Shown: piece by piece, positions 24,402-31,582 of the stretch
How the letters are laid out: each line of letters opens with the position of its first letter
Numbering within the stretch: position 1 is the first letter of the stretch
NCBI GenBank assembly: GCA_043798775.1
Contig: JAZDOL010000052.1
Location: 1 to 31,582, forward strand
Direction: 5' to 3'
From: a bacterium
GTDB taxonomy: Bacteria; Patescibacteriota; Minisyncoccia; Minisyncoccales; GWA2-46-15
Length of the DNA stretch: 31,582 bases
Translations under genes and position numbers: made by a program
The notes under the pieces: model-generated
What the model was told of the DNA's origin: nothing
Databases searched by the model: none
The model's input: the letters and a program-made list of their open reading frames with translations, nothing else

Positions 24402-25150
24402 AAAATATATTGCTAATCGGTGCTTCTGGCGGAATAGGAAATAAGGTCGCAGAGCTTTTACTGGAAGAAAAACTTAACATAATCGGTACCTATTTTCAGC
24501 ATCCAGAAAGGATCAAAAATTTAAAAAAATTAGGCAATTTTGTTGATCGTTTTGTCGATATAAGAGACATAGAATCAATAAAAAATTTGCACGGGTTTGT
24601 TGAAAAAAAATTCACAGAATTATTTGCGGTAGTGAATTGCTCCGGCATAGTAGATTTTGAGGGCAAGGATCAGGAAAAAGATTTCGAAATATGGAACAAA
24701 ATTATTGCTACTAATCTATCGGGTAACTATTATCTCGCAAAAATATTTTATGATCTTCTTTCCAAGGAAGGTCGTTTTATTATGACCAGCTCAACCGACG
24801 CCTACTTTGGAGGAGCGATTACCGCCAGTTACGCCGCAAGCAAAGCCGGAGTCAATTCTTTGACCAAGCCCCTTTCCCTTTTGTTTCAGGATAAAAAAAT
24901 ATCGGTTAATTCAATTGCTCCCGGGTGGGTAATGACGCCGATGGCGAAAATTAATGGCAGTGAGTTTCTTGATAAAGTGGCTTCTATTAATCCTCTAAAA
25001 AGAAACGCTTTTCCAAAAGACATTGCCGGTTTGGTCAAGTTTCTTCTTTCAGAGAATGCAAGTTATATCAATGGTCAAGTTATTTCCATTGAGGGCGGTT
25101 ATACTAACCAAGACCCAACGCTATTGTTAGAGCAAGACATTCAGGGTTAA
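24398..25150 (+). CDS. SDR family NAD(P)-dependent oxidoreductase
   Basis: IGASGGIG, VNCSG, YAASK (YxxxK), VNSIAPG, YINGQVISIEGG. Confidence 0.93.
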   Translation: MKNILLIGASGGIGNKVAELLLEEKLNIIGTYFQHPERIKNLKKLGNFVDRFVDIRDIESIKNLHGFVEKKFTELFAVVNCSGIVDFEGKDQEKDFEIWNKIIATNLSGNYYLAKIFYDLLSKEGRFIMTSSTDAYFGGAITASYAASKAGVNSLTKPLSLLFQDKKISVNSIAPGWVMTPMAKINGSEFLDKVASINPLKRNAFPKDIAGLVKFLLSENASYINGQVISIEGGYTNQDPTLLLEQDIQG

Positions 25151-25177
25151 ATAATACTATCGCTCAACTTCAATTTT

Positions 25178-26905
25178 ATGTCCAAAATTAGAAAAATTTC
25201 TTCCAAACCTAGAAAGGTTTATATCGGGGTTGCCTGGCCGTATGTTAACGACGTTTTTCACTTGGGCAATCTGGCGGGGGCATATCTGCCACCGGATATT
25301 TTTAGCCGTTTTCATAAATTATCAGGAAATAAGGTGATGATGGTGTCCGGCTCGGATTACCACGGAACGCCCACAACAATAAGGGCGGAAAAAGAAGGAG
25401 TCAGCCCGATTGAGATTGCCAATCGCTATCATAAATCAGACGTGGAATATCTGAAGCGTTTTCGCATCGAATATAGCTTATATACATCTACTCACACAAA
25501 AAATCATTTTGCCGTTACTCAAGAAATGTTTTTGCGACTGATGAAGAACGGTTATATTAAGATTCTAAAAACAAAACAATTATACTCTCTATCTAGCGGT
25601 AAGTTTCTGCAAGACCGATATATTGAAGGAGAATGTCCGTATTGCCACGATAAAGGAGCGCGCGGCGATCAATGCGAAAAATGCGGGCGGGTATTAGATG
25701 CCCTTGAGCTGATAAATCCCATTTCCAAAGTTGATAAAAGCCCGTTAATTCCTAAAGAAACGGAAAATTATTTTCTTGATCTGGAAAAATTGCAAAAACA
25801 AATTAAAAAATGGCTGATATCAAGAAAGAATTGGCGATCATGGGTTAAAAAGGAGGCGTTGGGCTGGGTAAATGAGGGGCTAAAGCCGCGGGCGATCACT
25901 CGCGATTTAAATTATGGGATTCCTTTGCCAATCAATAAAATCCCCAAAAACCAGCGAATCGAGAATATAAAAGAAAAAGTGTTCTATGTGTGGTTTGAAG
26001 CGGTAATCGGGTATTATTCGGCGGCAATAGAGTATTCCAAAAAAATCAAACATCCGAATGAATGGAAAGAATATTTTTACAAAAAAGACGGAGAAACATA
26101 TTATTTTGTCGGTCAGGACAATTTGGTTTTTCATACTATCAACTGGCCGGCGCAATTAATGGCTTACGATAAACAGATTAATTTACCGGTTAACGTTTTT
26201 GTTAATAAATTCTTGCTTTTAGAAGGCGAAAAAATGAGCAAGAGCCGGGGTTGGTATTTAAGCAATGAAGAATTATTAAACAGTTATACAAGCGATAGTT
26301 TGCGGTTTTACCTTTCGCTAAATATGCCGGAATCAAAGGAGTTTAGCTTTAACTGGGCGGATTTTATCGGAGCAAATAATAATGTGCTGGTAGCGAAAAT
26401 CGGCAATTTGGTCCATCGGGTTTTAACAATTACTAAAAATAATTTCGGAAACGATATAATCCTTAAAACCGCCGTATCGAAAGCAGTAAAAGCGCGGATT
26501 GAAAAAACTTATAAATTCACGAGCGCTAATATTGATAAAGGAAATTTTAAAGAATCATTGCAGGAAATAGTTGATCTGGCGGCTTACGGCAACCAGCAAT
26601 TCGATAAATATCAGCCGTGGAGATTAGTTAAAACCGATAAAAAGAAAGCAATGTTAGCGATTGGTGATTGTCTGGCAATAATTATTAACTTGCGGATTCT
26701 CCTTTATCCGTTTCTGCCCGACACCGGCGAACAATTGTCTATATTGATAGGTCTTTTGAAAATATCCACAAAGCCGGGATTAGATCAATGGAAATACGAA
26801 ATACCAAAAAAGATTGATATCGCCGAAAACTTTAAACCATTATTCCCGAAGATTCCCGAGGAGATGATTGAAATAGAACTGACGAAATTAAAAAGAAATA
26901 ATTAA
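25178..26905 (+). CDS. metG: Methionine--tRNA ligase
   Basis: AWPYVN..HLGN, SGSDYHG, CPYC/CEKC zinc knuckles, YVWFEA and KMSKS. No C-terminal tRNA-binding domain. Confidence 0.96.
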   Translation: MSKIRKISSKPRKVYIGVAWPYVNDVFHLGNLAGAYLPPDIFSRFHKLSGNKVMMVSGSDYHGTPTTIRAEKEGVSPIEIANRYHKSDVEYLKRFRIEYSLYTSTHTKNHFAVTQEMFLRLMKNGYIKILKTKQLYSLSSGKFLQDRYIEGECPYCHDKGARGDQCEKCGRVLDALELINPISKVDKSPLIPKETENYFLDLEKLQKQIKKWLISRKNWRSWVKKEALGWVNEGLKPRAITRDLNYGIPLPINKIPKNQRIENIKEKVFYVWFEAVIGYYSAAIEYSKKIKHPNEWKEYFYKKDGETYYFVGQDNLVFHTINWPAQLMAYDKQINLPVNVFVNKFLLLEGEKMSKSRGWYLSNEELLNSYTSDSLRFYLSLNMPESKEFSFNWADFIGANNNVLVAKIGNLVHRVLTITKNNFGNDIILKTAVSKAVKARIEKTYKFTSANIDKGNFKESLQEIVDLAAYGNQQFDKYQPWRLVKTDKKKAMLAIGDCLAIIINLRILLYPFLPDTGEQLSILIGLLKISTKPGLDQWKYEIPKKIDIAENFKPLFPKIPEEMIEIELTKLKRNN

Positions 26906-26916
26906 TAATAAATCTA

Positions 26917-26971
26917 TTGACAAAATGATCCCGAATTAATATTATATTGGTAAAGAAGTAAAGAAGTAAAA
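26917..26971 (+). promoter_or_regulatory. Sigma70 promoter and direct-repeat operator of the abrB-relE operon
   Basis: TTGACA (26917-26922), 17-bp spacer, TATTAT (26940-26945), then GTAAAGAA-GTAAAGAA-GTAAAA (26950-26971). Confidence 0.78.
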
Positions 26972-26984
26972 CTATAATAACATT

Positions 26985-27269
26985 ATGCTTACCACTCGCA
27001 TTAGCCCCAAAAAACAAATTACCATCCCCACCGCGCTTTTCGATGAACTTGGGTTAGAAATAGGAGATCATCTAGAGGTAAATATCGAACGGGAAAAACT
27101 CATTTTTACCCCCAAAAAGCTTATTTCAAAAGATCAGCTTTGGTTTTGGAGCAACGGTTGGCAAAATAAAGAAAAAGAAGCCGGGAAAAATATCAGAGAG
27201 AAAAAAATTACCGGACCTTTTTCTTCCGGAAAAGCGTTGGTAAAATCGCTTAAATCCAGAAAATCTTAG
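26985..27269 (+). CDS. AbrB/MazE/SpoVT-family antitoxin
   Basis: TRISPKKQITIP.ALFDELGLEIGDHLEV, plus a DQLWFWS.GWQ.KE.EA tail. Confidence 0.88.
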   Translation: MLTTRISPKKQITIPTALFDELGLEIGDHLEVNIEREKLIFTPKKLISKDQLWFWSNGWQNKEKEAGKNIREKKITGPFSSGKALVKSLKSRKS

Positions 27270-27299
27270 ATTGAAAGAAGAAGATTTTTAACTCAAAAA

Positions 27300-27560
27300 A
27301 TGAAAGTTTTTTACGCCAAGACGTTTAAAAAAGATTTTCAGGAATTATCTCAAGAAATTAAATTAATAACTCAAAAAAAGTTGGAGCTTTTCGTGAACGA
27401 TTTTCGTCATCCCTCCTTAAGAATAAAAAAGATGGAAGGATTGAATAATATCTGGGAAGGAAGAATTAATGATAATTACCGTTTTACTTTTCAAGTTGAC
27501 GGCGATATCTGTATTCTTCGCCGTATCGGCAGCCATAATATCCTTAAAAAAGAAAAATAA
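27300..27560 (+). CDS. RelE/YafQ-superfamily toxin
   Basis: FKKDF, HPSLRIKKMEG..IWEGRI..NYRFTF, RRIGSH. Confidence 0.88.
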   Translation: MKVFYAKTFKKDFQELSQEIKLITQKKLELFVNDFRHPSLRIKKMEGLNNIWEGRINDNYRFTFQVDGDICILRRIGSHNILKKEK

Positions 27561-27582
27561 ATTGTCCCGATAGTTGTTTTCG

Positions 27583-27617
27583 AACAATCTCCCGGGAACA
27601 GTTTTCGGGAGATTGTT
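27583..27617 (+). terminator. Long hairpin after the toxin gene
   Basis: 12-bp perfect stem AACAATCTCCCG/CGGGAGATTGTT, extendable by G-U and A-U pairs. Confidence 0.6.
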
Positions 27618-27649
27618 TACGACATCGCAAGTCGTGAAAATTAATCGAT

Positions 27650-28483
27650 ATGTTTGATACTCATGCTCATATAAATTTTAATGCTTTTAAAGAAGATGCC
27701 GACGAAGTGATTCGCCGGTCGCTTTTAGGCGGGGTAGGGATAATCAACGTTGGTTCGAATTACGATACCAGCAAAGCCGCGATTGAATTGGCGGAAAAAT
27801 ATCCAAACGATATTTACGCCGCTGTTGGCTTGCATCCGATTCATTTAGCGAAAGGAGTATTCAAAATGAAGATGGACGAAGAAGAAATGGCAAACGACAA
27901 AGATGAACCGGTTGATTTTGATAAATTCCGAGAGTTAATATTATCATCAAAAAAAGTCGTGGCGGTCGGCGAAATCGGTCTGGACTATTATTATCGGCCA
28001 AAAACAAAAACCCGAATGGAAGAATTCAAGTCTCGGCAAAAAGAGGCGCTACTGGCGCAGATGGAAATAGCCGATGATTTAAGACTGCCGGTTATCTTCC
28101 ATTGCCGTTCTGCCCACGAAGATTTGATAAATCTTCTTAAATCATCAATCATCAATCATCAATCATCAATCACGGGTGTTCTTCATTGTTTTACGGGGAA
28201 TTGGGAAGAGGCGCAGCAATATCTTGAATTAGGACTATACCTTGGGCTTAACGGGATTATCGATAAGCTTGACCTTGCAGAGACAATTACCAAGATGCCA
28301 CTCGATAAAATGCTGGTTGAAACTGATTGTCCGTATCTTGCGCCTAGAGAATTAGGGGATATCCGCAACGAACCGGTTAATGTTAAATATGTGCTAAAGA
28401 AAATTGCCCAACTGCGGAAAATAAGTTATGAAGAATTAGAAGAGATTACTACCGATAATGCTAAAAAACTGTTTAAAATATGA
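27650..28483 (+). CDS. tatD: TatD family hydrolase/DNase
   Basis: DTHAH, GLHP, VGEIGLDY, FHCR, LHCF and ETDCPYLAP. Confidence 0.95.
   Translation: MFDTHAHINFNAFKEDADEVIRRSLLGGVGIINVGSNYDTSKAAIELAEKYPNDIYAAVGLHPIHLAKGVFKMKMDEEEMANDKDEPVDFDKFRELILSSKKVVAVGEIGLDYYYRPKTKTRMEEFKSRQKEALLAQMEIADDLRLPVIFHCRSAHEDLINLLKSSIINHQSSITGVLHCFTGNWEEAQQYLELGLYLGLNGIIDKLDLAETITKMPLDKMLVETDCPYLAPRELGDIRNEPVNVKYVLKKIAQLRKISYEELEEITTDNAKKLFKI
28144..28171 (+). repeat. Heptamer tandem repeat (ATCAATC)x4 inside tatD
   Basis: Read directly from the sequence; encodes part of SSIINHQSSI. Confidence 0.9.
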
Positions 28484-28569
28484 ACCCCTACGAGCCGCAA
28501 AAAATTGAATCAGAGTGGCCCCGAATAAATTTTTCCTCGAAAAATTCTACGGGACAAGCAAACGTATGA
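28480..28569 (+). pseudogene. 29-codon bridge ORF: relic LeuRS/ValRS-like N-terminus plus a palindromic insert
   Basis: MNPYEPQKIESEWPRINFSSKNSTGQANV. ATGA-overlaps tatD at its start and leuS at its end. Palindrome at 28520-28553. Confidence 0.6.
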
Positions 28570-30983
28570 TATATAATCCTCAAGAAATAGAACCCAAATG
28601 GCAGGAAAAATGGGAAGATAAAAAAATTTATCAGGCAATTGATTTTGACAAGAAGCCGAAATTTTATGTTTTGATAGAATTTCCTTACCCGTCCGGCGCC
28701 GGACTTCATGTCGGTCATGCCCGATCTTGGTCGGCAATGGATACTTATTCTCGTAAGAAAAGAATGGACGATTATAATGTTCTTTATCCGATTGGCTGGG
28801 ACGCTTTCGGTCTGCCGGCGGAAAACTATGCCATTAAAATGGGTCTTCATCCGTCGAAAACCGTTTCGGAAAACATAAACCGCTTCAAGGAACAATGCCA
28901 AGCAATCGGTTTGTCTTTTGACTGGTCTCGGGAGATTAATACCACCGATCCCAAATATTATAAATGGACCCAGTGGATATTTTTAAAATTGTTGGAAAAT
29001 AATCTGGCCTATCAAGCGGAAGTTACGGTTAACTGGTGTCCGTTTTGCAAGACCAATTTGGCCGATGAAGAAGTGATGCCCGACGGCAATCATGAACGAT
29101 GCGGTAAGATGACCGAAAAACGGATGCAGAAGCAGTGGCTGTTAAGGATTACCAAGTATGCCGAACGATTGTTGTCCGATTTAAATTTAGTTGATTATTC
29201 TTATAAAATCCGTGTTCAGCAAGAGAATTGGATTGGTAAAAGCGAAGGAGTTATTATCGATTACCCGATTACTAATAGCGATAAAATTGTATCTTGTTAC
29301 TCAACGCGTCCAGATACGAACTTTGGCGCGACTTTTATTGTGATCGCTCCCGAACATCAGATGGTTAACGAATTAGTAACGGCAGAAAACAAACAAGCAG
29401 TTTCCGATTATATCAATAATGCGAAAAGAAAGTCAGAAATCGAAAGAGCGGATGTCAGTAAAGAGAAAACGGGCGTGTTTACCGGCAGTTATGCTCTTAA
29501 CCGGTTGAATAATCGAAAAATGCCGATTTGGGTAAGCGACTTTGTCGTTTTATCGGCAGGGACGGGAGTTGTTGTTGGCGTTCCGGCGCACGATAAAAGA
29601 GACTGGGATTTCGCAAAAAAACATAATATCGAAATAATCCCTGTCGTTAAGCCGGATAGTGGTAATGATTTTGATTTTGAGAGCGGGCCGTTCACGGAAA
29701 TTGACGAGGCGATTATTTTTAATTCTGAATTCCTAAACGGACTAAAGGCGATAGAGGCGAAGGAAAAAATTATTGGCTATTTGGCGGATAAGGGATGGGG
29801 GAAAAGAGCCGTTAACTATCGGATCAGGGATTGGATATTCTCCCGTCAGCATTATTGGGGAGAACCGATTCCGATTATCCATTGCGAAAAATGCGGCGCG
29901 GTGCCGGTTCCGATTAACGAACTGCCGATTGAACTGCCGTATGTTGAAAAATACGAACCATCGGGAACGGGGGAATCGCCTTTGGCAAAAATGACTGACT
30001 GGGTAAATGTTAAATGTCCGGAATGCGGCGGTTCGGCAAAAAGGGAAACCGATACGATGCCCAATTGGGCGGGATCGAATTGGTATTATATCCGCTATCT
30101 GGATAATGGAAATGGTGAAGCGTTGGCAGACAAAAAGAAAATGGAGTATTGGATGCCGATTGATATTTACGAAGGGGGATTCGAGCATACGACTCTCCAC
30201 CTGCTTTATTCGAGATTTATTTACAAATTTTTATTCGATATCGGCATTGTCCCCGGTCCTGAGCCGTATAAATGCCGACGGTCGCACGGAATAGTGTTAG
30301 GTCCGGATAACCGCAAGATGTCGAAGTCGTTCGGGAATGTTGTTAATCCCGACGATATTATTGGTAAAAGAGGCGCTGACAGTTTGCGTTTATATGAAAT
30401 GTTTATGGGGCCATTCGAACAAGAAATATCGTGGAATGATTCCAGTTTAGACGGATGCTATCGGTTCTTGAATAGGATATGGAAACTTTTTAACGAAAAT
30501 ATTAAAAACGAGCCGACCCCCGATTATTTATCGATTAAATTGCATCGGGTTATAAAGAAGGTCGGCGAAGATATTCTCGCAATGCGTTTCAATACAATGG
30601 TGGCGGCAATGATGGAATTTAGTAACGAATGGGAGGATAGCTTCTTGTCAAAGACGGACGCGGAAATGTTTATTAAAATATTGGCGCCTTCAGCTCCTCA
30701 TCTGGCGGAAGAGATATGGGTTAATATTCTGGGAAATAAATTTTCTGTTCACCAAGAGAGTTGGCCAGTTTATGATCAGCAGTTGATCTTAAATGAAGTA
30801 ATCACTCTAGTAATCCAGATCAATGGGAAGGTTCGCGACAGGGTCGAGACCAGTTCCGGAGTATCCAAAAACGAAGCGGTTGAGTTGGTGAATACTCGAG
30901 AAACAGTAAAAAAATGGTTAACTGGTAAAGAGATAAAAAGAATTGTGTTTGTTGCCGATAAATTGATAAATATAATCTGTTAA
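28566..30983 (+). CDS. leuS: Leucine--tRNA ligase
   Basis: EFPYPSG.GLHVGH, GWDAFGLPAEN, DWIFSRQHYWG and KMSKS. Start at the ATG of MIYNPQEIEPKW rather than the GTG at 28515. Confidence 0.96.
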   Translation: MIYNPQEIEPKWQEKWEDKKIYQAIDFDKKPKFYVLIEFPYPSGAGLHVGHARSWSAMDTYSRKKRMDDYNVLYPIGWDAFGLPAENYAIKMGLHPSKTVSENINRFKEQCQAIGLSFDWSREINTTDPKYYKWTQWIFLKLLENNLAYQAEVTVNWCPFCKTNLADEEVMPDGNHERCGKMTEKRMQKQWLLRITKYAERLLSDLNLVDYSYKIRVQQENWIGKSEGVIIDYPITNSDKIVSCYSTRPDTNFGATFIVIAPEHQMVNELVTAENKQAVSDYINNAKRKSEIERADVSKEKTGVFTGSYALNRLNNRKMPIWVSDFVVLSAGTGVVVGVPAHDKRDWDFAKKHNIEIIPVVKPDSGNDFDFESGPFTEIDEAIIFNSEFLNGLKAIEAKEKIIGYLADKGWGKRAVNYRIRDWIFSRQHYWGEPIPIIHCEKCGAVPVPINELPIELPYVEKYEPSGTGESPLAKMTDWVNVKCPECGGSAKRETDTMPNWAGSNWYYIRYLDNGNGEALADKKKMEYWMPIDIYEGGFEHTTLHLLYSRFIYKFLFDIGIVPGPEPYKCRRSHGIVLGPDNRKMSKSFGNVVNPDDIIGKRGADSLRLYEMFMGPFEQEISWNDSSLDGCYRFLNRIWKLFNENIKNEPTPDYLSIKLHRVIKKVGEDILAMRFNTMVAAMMEFSNEWEDSFLSKTDAEMFIKILAPSAPHLAEEIWVNILGNKFSVHQESWPVYDQQLILNEVITLVIQINGKVRDRVETSSGVSKNEAVELVNTRETVKKWLTGKEIKRIVFVADKLINIIC

Positions 30984-30992
30984 GCGGACAAT

Positions 30993-31223
30993 ATGATTAA
31001 AAGACGCACAGGAGAGTCGTTAGGCGATTCGTCGACGGGGGAAAAACACGAAGTTCAAGAAACGCTTGCCACAAAAAGATCGACGATTGAGTCTATCGCG
31101 AAAAAATACGAAATAACCGTAAAGATGGTCGAGGAGTTAGAAGACCTTGATTCGGGATTAGGTCAAATGCTTGCCGAACAAAGGCAGGGCGGAGTAAAGC
31201 GACGCCCCTCTATTAAGAAGTAA
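30993..31223 (+). CDS. Hypothetical charged protein
   Basis: ORF in operon orientation; no recognisable motif. Confidence 0.45.
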   Translation: MIKRRTGESLGDSSTGEKHEVQETLATKRSTIESIAKKYEITVKMVEELEDLDSGLGQMLAEQRQGGVKRRPSIKK

Positions 31224-31320
31224 GGCTGCATTGAGAAATAGAAACCACATTTCATACAAAATACGAATCATCGCCAAAGACATGGCTTTAAGTTAAAATG
31301 GCTTATCTAATACCACTATT

Positions 31321-31582
31321 ATGGATAATTTTTTAACCGGAAAAAACGGCGAGAAAATGATCTTGCTAGGGAACGAAGCCCTTGTCAGGGGAGCTATCGA
31401 ATCAGGAGTACAGTTTGTCTCCAGTTATCCGGGGACGCCGGCATCAGAAATCGGGAACATATTTTCGGATAACGCCCGCGACTTGGGGGTTTATTTTGAA
31501 TTTTCAACCAACGAAAGAGCGGCAATGGAGGCGGCGATCGGCGCCAGTTTTTCCGGCTTGAAGTGTCTTGTGGCGATGAAAA
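31321..31582 (+). CDS. iorA: Indolepyruvate:ferredoxin oxidoreductase alpha-like subunit, runs off the window edge
   Basis: Manual translation: MDNFLTGKNGEKMILLGNEALVRGAIESGVQFVSSYPGTPASEIG...EFSTNERAAMEAAIGAS..G..CLVAMK. Confidence 0.85.
   Translation, partial: MDNFLTGKNGEKMILLGNEALVRGAIESGVQFVSSYPGTPASEIGNIFSDNARDLGVYFEFSTNERAAMEAAIGASFSGLKCLVAMK

Noticed and set aside
28515-28565. 17-aa N-terminal extension of LeuRS from the GTG at 28515
   Set aside because: It is an off-frame reading of the palindrome. The ATG at 28566 matches the family start and is ATGA-coupled.
9345-28565. T-box riboswitches upstream of the synthetase genes
   Set aside because: The intergenic gaps are only ~4-85 nt and contain no T-box consensus.
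7905-30294. Numerous short ORFs nested in or antisense to housekeeping genes (e.g. 19426-19938, 28488-28901, 29742-30200)
   Set aside because: Shadow ORFs of well-supported genes, without motifs or start signals.
1-31582. CRISPR array or RT-Cas1 context
   Set aside because: No regularly spaced repeats and no cas genes are seen.

Overview
This window looks like a 31.6 kb piece of a low-GC bacterial chromosome, most likely CPR/Patescibacteria. That assignment is inferred from the alpha2-type GlyRS, the HYGH-type IleRS, compact operons with few SD sequences, and palindromic repeats beside tRNAs. The right three-quarters (6.4-31.6 kb, + strand) is a housekeeping run: YdjM-like hydrolase, ZIP transporter, mutM, argS, ileS, recO, glyQS, M16 peptidase, AI-2E transporter, SDR, metG, tatD, leuS and a partial iorA. 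Four type II toxin-antitoxin pairs and a DUF5678/aspartyl-protease pair are inserted into it. The left 6.4 kb (- strand) is an accessory tRNA region. It holds a partial IS1202/ISNCY element (missed by the ORF track), an exact orphan copy of its left end, tRNA-Gly/Phe/Val, and an HTH + LAGLIDADG-like ORF. The highlight is a 799-aa ORF made of two complete reverse-transcriptase units in tandem. RT1 has a canonical D138 and YGDD; RT2 has D523 and TADD, with an altered dNTP pocket and shortened fingers. Directly upstream is a ~149-nt structured RNA closed by a perfect 13-bp inverted repeat, and its predicted extended -10 promoter would start transcription at the first base of that repeat. This is a candidate undescribed RT-RT/ncRNA system, analogous to retrons or DRTs but lacking the retron VTG motif and any DGR or group II intron context. 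All calls are by eye; no database search was run.
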